Positions 1 to 13,630 of a stretch of 64,000 bases of DNA are shown piece after piece. The notes under the pieces were generated by a model. That model made no database searches and was not told the origin of the DNA. It was given only the letters and a program-made list of their open reading frames with translations. Within the stretch, counting starts at the first letter, position 1. Every line of letters starts with the position of its first letter. The position numbers were made by a program, and so were the translations under genes. The DNA comes from Yuukianura sp. NJ FZ-2021 (lineage: Eukaryota): contig CM102286.1 of assembly GCA_046563655.1 (NCBI GenBank), positions 4,402,001 to 4,466,000 on the forward strand. The letters run 5' to 3'.

Positions 1-270
1 TTGTTTTGAATATTTGTATTTTGTTGATCAATCTCAATCATCACAGCTGACGAAGGTAAATTTAGTTTTTCTTTAGTTAATTAATTGTTAGTCATTAACT
101 ACATTCATAATCATTTATGTAGATGATCAGATGAGCACTGCCGAAGTGCACTAGAAATTTGAAGGCAAAACAAGCAAGTGGAAGCCGAAGGCACGCCAAC
201 CAAATAAAATAAAAAAAAGCAAAACTAATCAGAATTCAGAAACAGGAGATAAATAATCGGTGAGGTCATC

Positions 271-1081
271 ATGGCGCAATTACAGCAGCCAGCACAAACC
301 ATTCATGAAGGGATTCCGTACCCCGGTACCAAAGCTTATGAAGAACGGATGCAAAACATCCCAAGACTTCCACCCAACTACACACCGCCAAATGACCCTT
401 CATTTATTGACATCTTCAAAGGGAATGATTATGATGATGGTTTCCGTAAGATGTTGTTGATGACTAAATACACCACAGGAACAGCAATCGCTTGTACTGT
501 TACTGATGTGTTAGTTGGAACACAACCTACCGTAAGCTTTGACCCAACTAGTATAATGAATTTTCTTTGTTTTAGTGAAAACGTAAAACTTGGTCAATTT
601 TAGGACGTGGCTGGAATCTTGCGAAGAGCTGCTTATTGGAGCGTGCCGCTTATTGGAGGAGGTCTCGCCTACACAGCTACTGTATGCATAGCTGGATCAC
701 TTCGAAAGAAGTCGGATCAGTGGAATCATGCACTTGGCGGTGCAATTGCAGGATCAGTCCTTGGAGCTGCAAGTTAGTAATGCGTTTTCCACAGTTTTAG
801 TTAACATTAAGTTATTGATTAGGGTTCAGGATTTGAATAGCTTGACCTGTTTGTTTCCAGGGAAGAACGCGCTAACTGGATTTGTCACTGGAGCGTTCCT
901 CGTTGTGTTGGGGGTCGTCTACAAGGAAACTGTTATGGATGGGCAGGAATTGTGGTCAAACCCGAGGCAAGCCCGGCGAGGATATGCGATGTCTCATAAA
1001 CATGATTTTACAATGCAGCGTGACATCCCCGGGAATTGGTACACTGATCCGACACCGCAACCACGCTCCCCAGCATCTTAA
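271..1081 (+). CDS. NDUFA11: NADH dehydrogenase (ubiquinone) 1 alpha subcomplex subunit 11 (Tim17-like); exons 271-531, 604-772, 861-1081
   Basis: GT-AG introns 532-603 and 773-860 give one continuous frame. Exon 2 encodes GGGLAYTATVCIAGSLRKKSDQWNHALGGAIAGSVLGAAR, resembling the NDUFA11/Tim17 transmembrane region. Confidence 0.8.
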
Positions 1082-1274
1082 TGAAAAATCTTCGCTTCTG
1101 CTCGTCAGCCACTTCGTTGTCACTGCCTAACTACTAGTAATCGAAGAATTTACGGCAGAAAAATGCTTCATTGAGAACGGCAGTACTTCTCCAATACTGT
1201 TGTTCATAGTCACATGTTAGAAAAAATTGGTAACAACGATTACTCTCTGGAAGTGAAAAATCAGTAAAGTTTAA

Positions 1275-1787
1275 TTAATCATCACCATTGTTCAAGTACA
1301 GTAGTCTGCTTATATCTATGATATCCATATCGGAAGCCGAAGGAATGGGCATTTCCCTTAGTTCATTTACTCTTTTATCCCGGGCATCTTCAAGTGTTAG
1401 GTCCATGGACAGGGAGCGTAGGGTATTATGACTTTGATTCCTCAAATTGCCGAATCGCTGGTCGTTATCGACATCCCAGCGAATCGTATGAGAGTCCATG
1501 ATGGCACTGGACTCATTCAGCTGGCCATCGTTGATTACATGGAGAGAAGGGTAGATGAAAAATGCAAACAGAAAAAGCGCTGTACAGAAGAAAATAGGAA
1601 CAGCAGCAGCCCAGTACTTCTGAGGGGGTTGGTACGGCCATTTTTCAATGATGTCTGCAGGAATGACGATCCATAAACCATACGAAACGATAAAGGAGGC
1701 ACAAAGACTGGCAAATATGAAGCCATAGATTCCTCTAGCCGGTTGGGGAGATGGTGAATGCTCGACTTCCTTCACTTTTGTTTGCAT
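1275..1787 (-). CDS. PIGP: Phosphatidylinositol N-acetylglucosaminyltransferase subunit P (intronless CDS)
   Basis: 170-aa ORF with PSPQPARGIYGF, two hydrophobic helices and PQKYWAAAVP, typical of PIG-P. Confidence 0.9.
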   Translation of the reverse strand: MQTKVKEVEHSPSPQPARGIYGFIFASLCASFIVSYGLWIVIPADIIEKWPYQPPQKYWAAAVPIFFCTALFLFAFFIYPSLHVINDGQLNESSAIMDSHTIRWDVDNDQRFGNLRNQSHNTLRSLSMDLTLEDARDKRVNELREMPIPSASDMDIIDISRLLYLNNGDD

Positions 1788-1825
1788 TATGATTGATGTT
1801 TACTCGGCCGACCTTGGTTTGGTCT

Positions 1826-2237
1826 TCAGTTATCCTTAGGAATGCTGAACAGGTTTATCGTTTGCTGAACCAAGGACAAGTGATCGAAGAACGAAGTGGA
1901 TGAATGCTTGACTTGACGCATATCTGGGCCTGACATGTCACTGAAAAACGAAAAAAAAATATTCATTACATCCTAATTTCCGCAAATTGTATCCGGGTCC
2001 CGCCCAATCCAGTTCGTTTTTGTTTGTTAGTCTTACACTTTAAATTAATTGAATTGATGTCAAAATGAATTTAATGACTTACAGAACCAGTTTATTTTCC
2101 AGTACCGACAGGGTTTTGACGACTTGGCTTCGCTTAGGTTCCTTATCGACTCGTAATGTATTGTAGGCAATCGTTGCTTCTTCCACGCTCTTAAATGGAA
2201 TTTCAAGGTGTAGTGTAGGCCAATTTGACGTGTCCAT
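1826..2237 (-). CDS. LAGE3: EKC/KEOPS complex subunit Pcc1/LAGE3, 89 aa; exons 2237-2083 and 1940-1826
   Basis: Spliced translation (GTAAGT donor at 2082, TTTCAG acceptor at 1941): MDTSNWPTLHLEIPFKSVEEATIAYNTLRVDKEPKRSQVVKTLSVLENKLVLDMSGPDMRQVKHSSTSFFDHLSLVQQTINLFSIPKDN. This matches the Pcc1 pattern (L.IPF....A.IA...L.VD.EP ... SFFD.L.LV..T...F). Not in the ORF track. Confidence 0.88.
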
Positions 2238-3099
2238 TCGATTAGTTTTGTAGTTAACAAACTAATTAAAAGCACCACTAATGTTTCCGGTAGATGAAGG
2301 TGAAAGGGTGTAGCTAATCCGCTGAAAATGCGGAATCCCGGTTGTCCACAAATTACATGACTGTTTTGTTACTTTCCCGCTCAAATTCATGTTATTGGAC
2401 GAAGGCCTTCCAGTCTGGAAGTCCCAGAATTAAACTGGTCAGTTCAATTACAAGAACAATATATTGAATATTTATTGTCGCAACATCTTTCATTCTGAGG
2501 TAAAAACTATAACCAAAAACTAATTAATTAATTATATAAAATGTATAAGAAAATACTGGAAACTACAGTCGCGATCATAACTCTTTACAATTTCAAAAAA
2601 TGTTTCTGCAACTACTAAAAATTACTTTGTATCTAAAAAAAATTCTATTTTCTTAGACACTTTGAACATAAACTGAAGCTAAACTAATTAAGTTAGCAAA
2701 TATATCATTGCATTTGTCGATTTACAAAATATAAACATTTAAAACTGCATCAAAAAAATGTTCGTCCAGTATTTCTGGAATTATGTATAACTTAACTAAC
2801 TTCTGCCAAAATTCTTTTTGAAAATTCGTAACACAAGAAAGAAGTACACGGCTAACGCTGCTTTTTGACCCACAGTACTTCAAAATAAGACTAAATGTAG
2901 TTTCATAGCATATTAATATAAATGTATACTAAAGAATAACAAATTGAAAATAGCTTTTGCTGATTTCCGTTATTCTGAGGCCTCTTTTTGCAATTTACAA
3001 TTTCTAAACAAACTGTTCTAAAAAAAAGTCACAGGTTGGTGGGTGAAGTAGAAATGGATTTAGGAATGTACTAGCCCAGTTCTCTAAATATGGCTTCCA

Positions 3100-6000
3100 C
3101 TACACTGGAACTGTGACATTGACGTTGGGTAGTTCTGGCCGGAATGCTTTGGGACGAATCATCATAATGGCTCTTTTCAAAGTATAGTCCCATCCCTGCA
3201 AATTGTTCAAAAAGGTCAAAGGTTACAGAAACAGTCACATCCATTTAAATGAAAGCGGGAAACTAAGAATTTTAAAACATTTTAAACTTTTTTATTTTGG
3301 TCTCCAAAAAACTCACTTTCCAGCGAAACCAAACGATTCCTTGCCGAGCTAACGCAGAATCTGGCTGTGATGCTTCGTAGTAAATTCCATTTAGGCCACG
3401 CCCACAGGACTTCCACCACCAACCGCCTTTAAGCATCGATGCGCAATTCAGTGACGACCGGTCATTGTCCCGGTCATGCGTCGAAAACGCCGATCCATGA
3501 GCACCATACCATGGGTCACTCAAGGCGTCTCCTGCGTCGCCGCTGTAACCACTCACTTCTAGCCGGAATCCATCGGCTTCAGACGCCACCTAAAATCGGC
3601 GGGAAATTTAGCACTACAGGTTATTGACCTCAAAATTCAGGCATAAAGCGAATCTTTTTACTTTGAACGTAGAATATTCCGCATATCTTCTTTCCCCGTC
3701 GAAATCTTCCAGCTCAATTCGAAGAACTTGGTCTTCCGAGGTTGTTAGAAGATGCAAATTGATATTTCCCATCCACATTTCCCGAACGGGGTCACCGAAT
3801 CCACTTCTATATTCGACCCAATTTCGGTGAAAACTTTCTCTTGGTTCTCCGAAGTCAGCACGTCGTTGAATTACCTAAACAAAATTGGTTTGTGCAATCT
3901 AAATATAAGCCTAGGTGCAGTTTATAAACGATGACTTCTGCTGTTTGTCAGCATTATTTTGCAATTTGATTATAGTTAATTTAATGTTTTTATAAACAAC
4001 AAACATTACCATCCATCCACCTCCGGCCGTTTCTTGGTCACAGTATGTCAGCAGTTGCCAAAATGAAGATCTCGCGCCGGGAAGGCGTAAATGGTACAAT
4101 CCAGATCGCTTTGCTCCCTGCACAAGCAGTTCTGCGCATGACGTTACAGTTTGACCAGACTGAAAAACAGTTTTAAGAATCATGATTAGTCATCGCTCTG
4201 CAAGATCTGTGAAATATTGTTTTACGCCAGTGAGGTATGCGTCTGCGCTTTCAGTTGAAGACGTTTCCACATTAGGTTTGTTCCTTATAGATGGAAAAAC
4301 GAGGTTCGGATGGCGACTGCCGTTAACTGTCGGTAAGGTATCAATTGCAAGGAATGTCACATCATGTGAACTTGGCAATTCTGGTGAAAGTTGTTCCGGT
4401 TGTTCAATGCCCTCCACAGGCGGAGCTCCTGCTTGAGAAGGTAAGTCCGGTTTTCTAAAATTTGTTTGCAAAACGTTCAATTGCTGTTCAACCGTTCCGA
4501 GTTCTGACATTATTTGGGATGCCTGTTTAAAACAAATGGAAATCTAATGCTAGCTGCATTACAGAAGTAATACTAAAATTGAGCTGAAAATTTCAATTAC
4601 TTTCAAACTTAAGTCACTTTTAATTGCAGAAATTGCTCTCTCCTGTCGCCTTGATTCTGCCAATAGAATGTCGTTCGGTGGAGGTCCGAGGAACCTTTTA
4701 TCTCCACTTCCTGTACTGTTGACATTAGGAAAAGCGGGAGTCGTTTTGGCGGTTTCATTTAAAACAATACTCCATAATCCTTCGACCCGTGACACGAGCG
4801 GAGTCAATGTCCTAAGGACACGGTCCACTCTTCTCCCGCATTGTGGAACATCATCGGTCGTTGATGATAGGGAATAGCGTGATTCCAAGTTGTCAAACGA
4901 TTTTTGAATTTGAACTTGTGTTTGACTCAGCAGATCCATTTTAGATACAAGCAAGTCCAATTTGGTAACCAGTGAATTCAGTAGAGGTCTGAAAATTAAA
5001 ATAAAAAATTACTGACATTGCGACTATTGCATCAAAACTTGTTTATATTTTTTTTCAACAAACGCGGTGTGAATTTTGAAAAAAAAATGAAAGATGGGCC
5101 ACTCATACGCCAATTCAAGAATGAGAACGAGGAATCCACTGCAATATAACGTGTCATCCTTCATTTCATCAACACCTTTCTCATCAGTGTCATCAATGTC
5201 ATTTAATTAACCTCCAAATTCAGACACAGTAAATAATTCATTTTTATGTTCTCCATTTCCATTCCTTGCCTAAACGTTTTAACACTAATAGAAACTAATA
5301 TAATTTATTTTATTTTAGGTAATCAGTTTCCATCCTTGCGGTACTGGGAGACGCTTAACACGGCTTTCGTAGTACTTTGAACTACAGCTGAACATTGCGC
5401 AACACGATGGGATTGGTTAATTGCAAGAAGAGTTTTCGCGCCTACCGCGCGTTTCCAAATTCTAACACAATGTGAATGGTTTGTTTTAAGTAAAAAAAAC
5501 TCCTCAAAAATCAAAATTTTACCGTATCCACCGTCTCAGGAGGCATTTGAAGCTAAACCTTGTGGAATGGAGATGTTCTTCTTAACACAAATAAAAAGTT
5601 GTCTACGCACTGCAACAATCGCAGTAACTTATTTCAATTTTGAATTTAATTAATTAGTGCTTAATTAAAACTCAAACTTCAAATTAAGAGTATTATTTTT
5701 TATAATTCATTTGCACTGTTTGTTAATTCACTTCAAACTGTTTCTCACACTTCCAAGCACACCTCGAAGCCTTTTCATGATTAATTTGTAAAGCTAAATA
5801 AATATAATTAAATAACAATTGCGCATGAACCCATACATTTTGTGCTCAGAAGTCTGTTAGTCAACTTTGAGCAAGGTAAGTGCAGTTAAAAATCGTGACT
5901 CAATTTAAATTAAAATTCGTAGGGCTACTATATAGTCATCATCAGACGAATTAAAATATTGTGTATAGCTTTTCCCCTACTGTATTTTTCACAACACAAT

Positions 6001-9000
6001 TGCGATTCGAGTTGACTTGATAAAAGTTTAGGTGAGCTTTTGGATTGCTAGTATGCTAAATAGTTTTTGTGAAAAGTTGACGCCAAAGTTGATTCCACCA
6101 ACAATTTTGTTTCCAATTTCTAACCCAAAAAGTCCATGGTCAAAGGAACGATAATTATTTTAGGTAATCTGCTCTACTAATTTTGTACAAGATCATAATT
6201 AAACTGTGTGTTACACAACTAAAGCAAATCTGTCTACCTTGACTTACCTTCTGTGTTGTAATTACTATTCTGGGACAACATTTGCAATTTGTTCCAATTT
6301 ACAAATCTCTCAGATTCGTGTTTCCGAAAACTGCGTTTCTAAATTTAAATTTGCCATCAACTTACATTTCAGTTTTGAAATTTTTGAAAATCCTGCATTT
6401 TACAAATTTTTATCAACGGAAGTTCCAAACCTGTAATTAGTATTCTGATTTCAAGTGTTTTCATCAGGGTATAGCAAAACTTTGTGAAATGCGTATTGCC
6501 GGAACTAGCATGACGATTGGCTAGTTTCTAAATAGTTTGAAAAGGCGTACAATTTTGAGGAAACGCTTTATAGCATGGTCAGGAATTTCTTGAAGCTTTT
6601 AGTAGTGGTAGCCAATCACGAAATGGTAATCGGTTACTGCATTAACAAAAATTACTTCTTCAGAAACCAACATTTTGAAAGAAATCTTACAATTGATCAT
6701 GACTGTAAACCTTTACTTTTGTGAAGGAAAAGTATGAAATATTGTTAAGCAGGAATAGGAAACTATCAATTTCACTTTCTAATTTTAATTTTTTACTACA
6801 ATGAATGAAGTCTGTTCAGTTCAAGTTTTTTATTATTAACTTTAACTTCCTTTGAATCTTCATTTTAATTGTCTCAGGAAACAAATCAGAGCAACTTTAC
6901 TATGTGCTTTGAATTCTTAATTAGGTTAGACAGAGAGCAGCATCAAAAAATATTTTGTATCAGTGTATTGCATCTAAATAGTGAGTACTAAAACTAATTT
7001 TCAAAATCCGGTCGACTTCAAAGGGAAAAGTTAAGGGAGTGTCCCTTGCACACATCCATAAATGTAACCAAATGCAGTTTCAAAATTTGAAGCATTTTGA
7101 CGTAAGGTTAAAGTTAGATTGTAAAGATTATACTAAGAACTTTTTGAAAAACAATGATTTCGTAGGTTTGCTAACCTAAGAGACGAAATAGTGTCAAATT
7201 TGAATACGTTTTTGATTTGTATCTTTTGCATGTTTCAAAAAACGAAAAAATATAATACTAGTATTTCATTACATTCAAAAGTCAGTTTGAGTACTGGCTT
7301 CAAAGATATCACAGACAGGACAATCAATTCAATTTCTATAATCTGGAGAATGACAAGCACGAAAAAATTTTTGCAAGGTAATATTAATTAACAAACAATA
7401 TTAAGAATTTGTGGCACAAATTAAAGGTGTGTACACTTTATTGTTACTTGAGTGTTTGCCGAATACTAAAATCTGTTATGCAAGAGGTCATACGAAAGTT
7501 TGATAATTAACAGCTACCACTGCGTGTAATTAAAACTTTAGGGCAGAAAACATGCACAGAAGACAACCCCAATCAGTTGAAACTATTCATCCTACGCAAT
7601 GCGTCGATTTATTACTTTTAATGTCTCATAATTTCCTATTTTTCCTTCTTTTGATCACAGTTTTTCCCAAATAAAAATTGATGTCAAACCAGAAGTCACT
7701 TTTTATCAAAATTATTTTTTTTTTGGTATTTTCATAATTGACCCTGGAACGCACAGGTTAGATGGGCGGAAGGTTATCCAAAATTCGTGTTTGTGTCCCT
7801 TGTCGTGACTTCATGGACTCAAAACAATTTCGTAAAAACAAAAATAAAAACAATAGAATTGTCATTTTTTTTTACTTTTTGGACATTCAGAATGATAATG
7901 AATTCCCTATTGTTTTGTCATCGTTTTAGCTCTAACAATTTCCTAATTCAATCTTAATTAGGTAGCACACACGCATTGATGGAACCCAAATTCCTTTCTT
8001 TCCACAAGACTTCTTTTTGGCTAAAGCAGTTTTACAGGTTTCCTATTTCTAGTTAGCTTTTTTGTGAATACTTTCGTTTTTTATTTTATTGTTTTCCGGC
8101 TTGACTAAAAAGTTAACTTAGCATGGACACTATTATATTTATTTTTATTATCTCATTTCATTAATCCAAGTTTGTGTAATAATTTTGCTTTACTCTATAC
8201 AGGGTTAACTTAATTTATGTGGCCTTGATCTAAATTAATGGGGTGTTGATGAAGTTTATGAGTTTAACATAATCCTTTTTCTATAGAATTTGACCATTTT
8301 AATGATTTTTTTTCACCTGTCATATTATAACGTAAAAAAATATAACGAGTCGTTTGACTTTGAGCAGGATTTGGCGCTACTGTTGTTGACATTGAATTGT
8401 ACAAATAAACAGAAATTCAAGAAGTGCGTCTTTTAAAATGTATGTATTTGGATTCATAAACTAGCGCGATTGTTATAACACAAATATTTAATAAAATATT
8501 TTTAGTTCATATTTATTGTGTTGAGCGTAGTCAAATACTTAATGTTGCAAAATCGGAGACAAATTTGGAAAGTACATAGAAAAACATCAACAAAGTATTC
8601 TGCGTCCGCAATTTGAACTCTGAAGGTCACCAAAGTTCAAAGTGACCAATTCCAATCAGATTCAAATTTCCTCACCGTCCCCCTGTTCTCCCTCCTTGCG
8701 TAATCTGTTACATTGTTAATGAATCACAAATTTTGACTGGTTGGCTGCTGCTTCAATTGCTAATTTCTGCTTGTGGTTTCTTTTGAGTTACAGTTTTCAA
8801 TTTTGACAGACTCAAATCGCTAGGGAATCGACGCCATTCATCTAAAATTCAACTGGCATGAAGTGCTTGGAGGCTTAAGAAACTAAACATGGTTGACAGG
8901 TTCAAATATTTGTGTTCTCCAAATTCACAAATTTACTTAGCCAGACATGGAAGATACACAACGAGTAATAAGTTATTGTTAAAATCCACTCGTGTAAAAG

Positions 9001-12000
9001 TAATCGTCAGCCCCAATTAACTTGCACAGTACAAGTGAAGTAATTAAGTTGGAGATTGTTTGTGCGTCACACTGCTACTATGAAAACCTAACAAAAGTAA
9101 GTTAATATGAGGTTACACACCTACGCCTTCACTTTCATCCACATCCGCTGTAACTTATTTCCGCTAAAGATCACAAATATGACACGGACGAGAACTATAA
9201 TTTTTAATCAACTTGTTGGATACGCTCGTTACCTTATTTTGTGCTAAAATACCGCCGTAAGAGTCTTTGCTAACAAATTTCTTGAAAAATACCTAACCTA
9301 TGATTTCAAAATTTTGCACCAACAAACTTTTATGACTGGGAAGGCAGTGATTTTGTTGTTTAGAGTATTAGTTCTGTGTAGAACGCTTGCGAAACATGTT
9401 TATTTAGTACACGCAGTGTGAAAAACCATTTTATGAGTTAAAACACATTGAAAAAGAGAAATTCTAAAGACAAAAAGAGAAAAATTGTGGGAACGTCGAA
9501 AAGCCCTTGAAATCCACGAGGTAGTAGCAAGTATGTGGACACAAGACGCGAAAACATTTTCGAAAACGAAAGTTAGCGCCATGTAGCCTATAGGAATATA
9601 AGGAATGATGGGAGAGGAATTGGCACTAGCCGTTGCGGTTGTGGAGAATAAACAACTTTCAATGGAGAATGCTGCCTTTAGTGCTATGATTGTTCTGAGG
9701 TTTTGTCTAATACACAAAATGGTCAAGCATGACTAACGGGTGTTTGACCAAAGGCGTCATTATCTACACTTTCGAGCAATGCTGAACTGCGCATGCCTAG
9801 TGCTCAGAAGAAGGGGAATGATGACATGGATCAAATTTTAGTCAACGGACCAATTTGTTCAAAGTGTATCGCAATTTACCAATGCAGTGAAGATTTGTGT
9901 CAGACGAAAATTTAAGTTCGAGTTCTGAGCAAGCGCGAAGTCTAAATATTCTTTCTGCAAGCATAGCCAACGATAATTCTGGGTATTGGCTAATCCTCAG
10001 GCGTGAATTGTACGTGTGAATGCGGAAGTGTTTTGGGCTGTAAAATATTTTTGCTAAAGTAAACACACTGTATTTTTGAGTTTCACTGTTTTTCAATTCT
10101 TAACAAGGAAAAGTTTAGAAAAAACATGCGTACTATTATTTACGTCAAGTACAACAGATTATAGACAAATTGTTTTCTAAAAATATGAAAGTTTTTTTGC
10201 AAAATTGGAAGATTCTGAGTCTGACCAAGGATTCTTGAGTCAGGCTAGGCGTTTTCAAATTATGTTTTTTTGAGAACCAATTTGAAAATTTTCTCTCAGA
10301 CCAAGGAAAAGATATTTTACTGTTTTTTTGCATTTCGTACACTGGATCGCGTGCAGATAGGTTTGCCTGCTTGATTAAATGTAGCAATCGTCAGGGACGT
10401 CATTGCAGTGCGTATTTATGTTATTTGGGATTTTTTTTTTCAAAACCGATCGTAAGATATGAGATCTTTGCTTTTTTAAGTTTGAAATTTTGACAGCAAA
10501 GGATTTTCTCAGGGAAAGTCCGACGAAAATGTGAGTTTACAGGAGGTTGATGGAAGAGACACTAATGAGAAATGTGTCAAGACGATACTTGAGCATGGCG
10601 CGGATTTTTAATAAGAAAATGAACGGTTTGAAAAGCCGTTTTAAATTTGGGCTAAAGACATGTATGGGAAAAGTGTTTGTGGTCATTTGGCAGAGTGACA
10701 GATGACATAGGTCAAACAATTTTGGCTAACAAGAGACTATCTTCCCAGGGGGCATGACCTTTAAACTTTGAAGCAGCACTTAAACCTTCTTTATGTTGTC
10801 AGAAGAAGTTAAAAACTGATTTGCAATTCTAATCGAACATAAAAGATTCCAAAAGTGTTTGAAGCCAGGACTTTTCAAATTGGAAATTGAAGAAGGTTAA
10901 ACCTACTTTTAAGGCTTTCTTATGGGCTCATCCGTAAATTAACAAACGGATTTGCTCATCCCGTCAACATTGAAGATTCAGAAATGTGGTTTTTGTCCAT
11001 AAAAGTGAAATGTTGTTTTCATTTCCCACGAAAATGAAAGATTAATTAAGCGAAATCATCATTTAATAAACAAAATAACACATTTTTCAAACTAGAAAGT
11101 TCGTTTTCGTTTGAGTTGTTGATGTTTAGCCTTTCGCTAATTTAAAAACGCTTGTCCCAAATGCCGCTTTTGTGGATTGTGTCGTTTACCTCAACATTTA
11201 CAAAATTTCTCCGAGATTTGTTTGATGGCGCATGTGAAGATTGCCAAAAAAACAGACACTACTGACCTTGTTACACTATTTGCAAATTTTTAGAAAACAT
11301 GCGAATGTAATTTTGTTTTTTGAAATTTGACCTCAAGGCGTATCCTATTTCATACCAACAATTTTTCCTTAATTTTAATTCCTGTTTGGGAAACCATTAA
11401 TTATCACTTCAGCCTAAATCCTGTATTTCTGTAAGTAGTATCAAAAACATTAACAAACTTTTTTTTTGCAAAATTACTTGAAGCAATTCGACCAATCCCA
11501 CAGAACTTAATTTTCAATAACTTTTTCTTCCCATAATTTTTAAATGTCTATGCAGAATAGGATCTAGCCAGAGAAATTGGGCGTTTATACGAGGAAGAAT
11601 TTTTTTCTCAATGAAAAATAATGCAACTTTGAGTTTATGAAAACGTGCGAAAGTTTTACACAGAAAAAAAATTGAGCGTGATTTATGTGAGTAATTGGCA
11701 GAATAAAGCAAGGAGGAAAAAGCAGGATGTTTTTAAAACAATGCCAAGTTCACACCCTTGAAAATTTCAAAAATCGTTGATTATGGTTTACAAAAAAGTT
11801 TTTTTGTAACAAAATTTTAAGGCTAGGGCTCATCTTCGCTGGAAATTGATGTAACTCAAACAAAAAGGTTTTAATGTTAGCAATTTAGTTGAAGCCAACA
11901 TTAAGTAAAAAGTTTCCTACACGATCTTCTCAAATTCATCTTCACAAAAAAGTGCGTAATTTTTGGAATTTCTTCCTATTCGTACAACATCCTTTTTGAA

Positions 12001-13630
12001 ATCGTGATTTATCCAGGATTGTTTACTAATTATAAGTTGTCAAACACGAAAAGAAATTTTGAACTAAAAGTTATTCTCACTCGGTACTTAAACTATCTTC
12101 TTTCGTTAGTCAAAGTAATCAGAAAGTCCATCAAAATTTAACATGTTTGAAATTCTGAAGAATTCAAGTATACAAGAAATGTGTAAATTTGATGTGGATT
12201 TTGCACATAGAGTGAGTAACGCACAGGCGCGAACGATTTCTTCGTGACTTGATTCTGATTCGAATCTACTTCATACGTAATCCCTCATTATAACCATCAT
12301 TCTGCACGGTGACATGTGGGATGTGACGGTTTCACTATCAATATGCAGACATGGCAGAAAATTGGCTTTTTTGAATGTACCGCGCTTGTGCAAATTCTTT
12401 GCGTGTATTTGCATTAGCTCAAAAGGCTCAAGTGCCACTTTGGAAACTGCGGGAGGTCGTCATAGGCGGCTCTATCGTTAATTTTTGCGTAACTCCGGTC
12501 CTTGATGACTTTGACGTATTTTGAGAAGCGGACGAGGACGAAGTAACAATTATTTAATTATTTAAAACTAAAAGTTAAAACTTCCCGCTTAAAGTTGTAA
12601 CGTGACACGAAATCGAATCCTCCATATGAAACGACATACTACTACCTGTGTTATGACATAAAATGTTGTAATTCATTACCGTTTTACCAATAGGACACAC
12701 CTTAACATGCCAACCCTACCAGGTTACTACACCTTTAGTATTTTCAGTAACGATTAGTACGCGAATGACACTCTGTTTACAGAAGCGTAATAAAAAGCAA
12801 GATGAGATTAAAGACTTAGAATTGAAAGTTTAAATTTAGAACGAAAATTGGTTTTCGTAACTTATTTTGGAGCCCTAATTTCCAATTTCAAAATTCAAAA
12901 TGTTGCAGAACCGCGAAAACTTCTGTAAATTGAAAAAAAAACGTGTGCTACGGTTACGGAAAAGTTGACTAAAAGCAAAAGCCAAAGATTTAATTAGAGT
13001 TTTAATCAATTTTGAAAGAGAAAGTGTTTGTCAGCTTATAATTTCTTCTTTTGGTTTTCCATAAAATTTATGAGTAAAATTAATTATGAATACGAGTAAC
13101 ATAAAATATGAGCCTGATTCAAAAGCAATTTTTTTTTGTTAGCGGGGCGTTCTGAAGATTTGTTTGTGCTACAAAGTACTTCGGAATTGTATAATTCCTA
13201 CTTACTATTGCTAATGTCAATTAACTCTCCAAAAAAAAAATCCAACTTACTTGTTTCGGATTAGTGGGGACGCTTTGAATTCTTTTACAACGGAGCTAGT
13301 TTGTGACGTTGCATGGCTAGCTGAACGTTTTGAATGTTGGGACGACGTTTGTTGGGTCGATGTACTTATGGGTGCTGGAACAGTGATGCCACTACTAGTA
13401 GATGCACTGACTTCCATTCTAGACCTGATTACTGAACTTGAGCTAGACGGATTGCCGCCATTGACACCATTTTTAGTTCGATGAGGACTCCTCAATTCTG
13501 TCAAATTGGCAGCATCCCAAAGACGGATTGAGAAATTTGCTGTAGGTGTTGGATCGGCACACTGTCCAGTTGACAACATGCCAAGAACAAGGATTACTCC
13601 ATGCACGAGACACTGCATCTTCAAGTCCAT
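3100..13630 (-). CDS. Secreted fibrinogen C-terminal domain protein (angiopoietin-related/scabrous-like FReP); signal-peptide exon 13630-13251, 8.3-kb intron, remaining exons 4988-3100
   Basis: Hydrophobic N-terminus (MQCLVHGVILVLGMLSTGQCA). The phase-2 donor at 13250 is compatible with the acceptor at 4989. Coiled-coil-like exons are followed by FReD motifs YCDQETAGGGWM, FSTHDRDND, GGWWWKSC and GWDYTLKRAIMMIRP. Confidence 0.85.

Noticed and set aside
9291..9300. ACCTAACCTA resembling a TTAGG telomerase template
   Set aside because: Too short, expected by chance, and no supporting promoter or structure.
5000..13250. Short ORFs in the fibrinogen-gene intron
   Set aside because: AT-rich, low-complexity translations without recognisable domains; exon 1 already joins the 4988 exon in phase.
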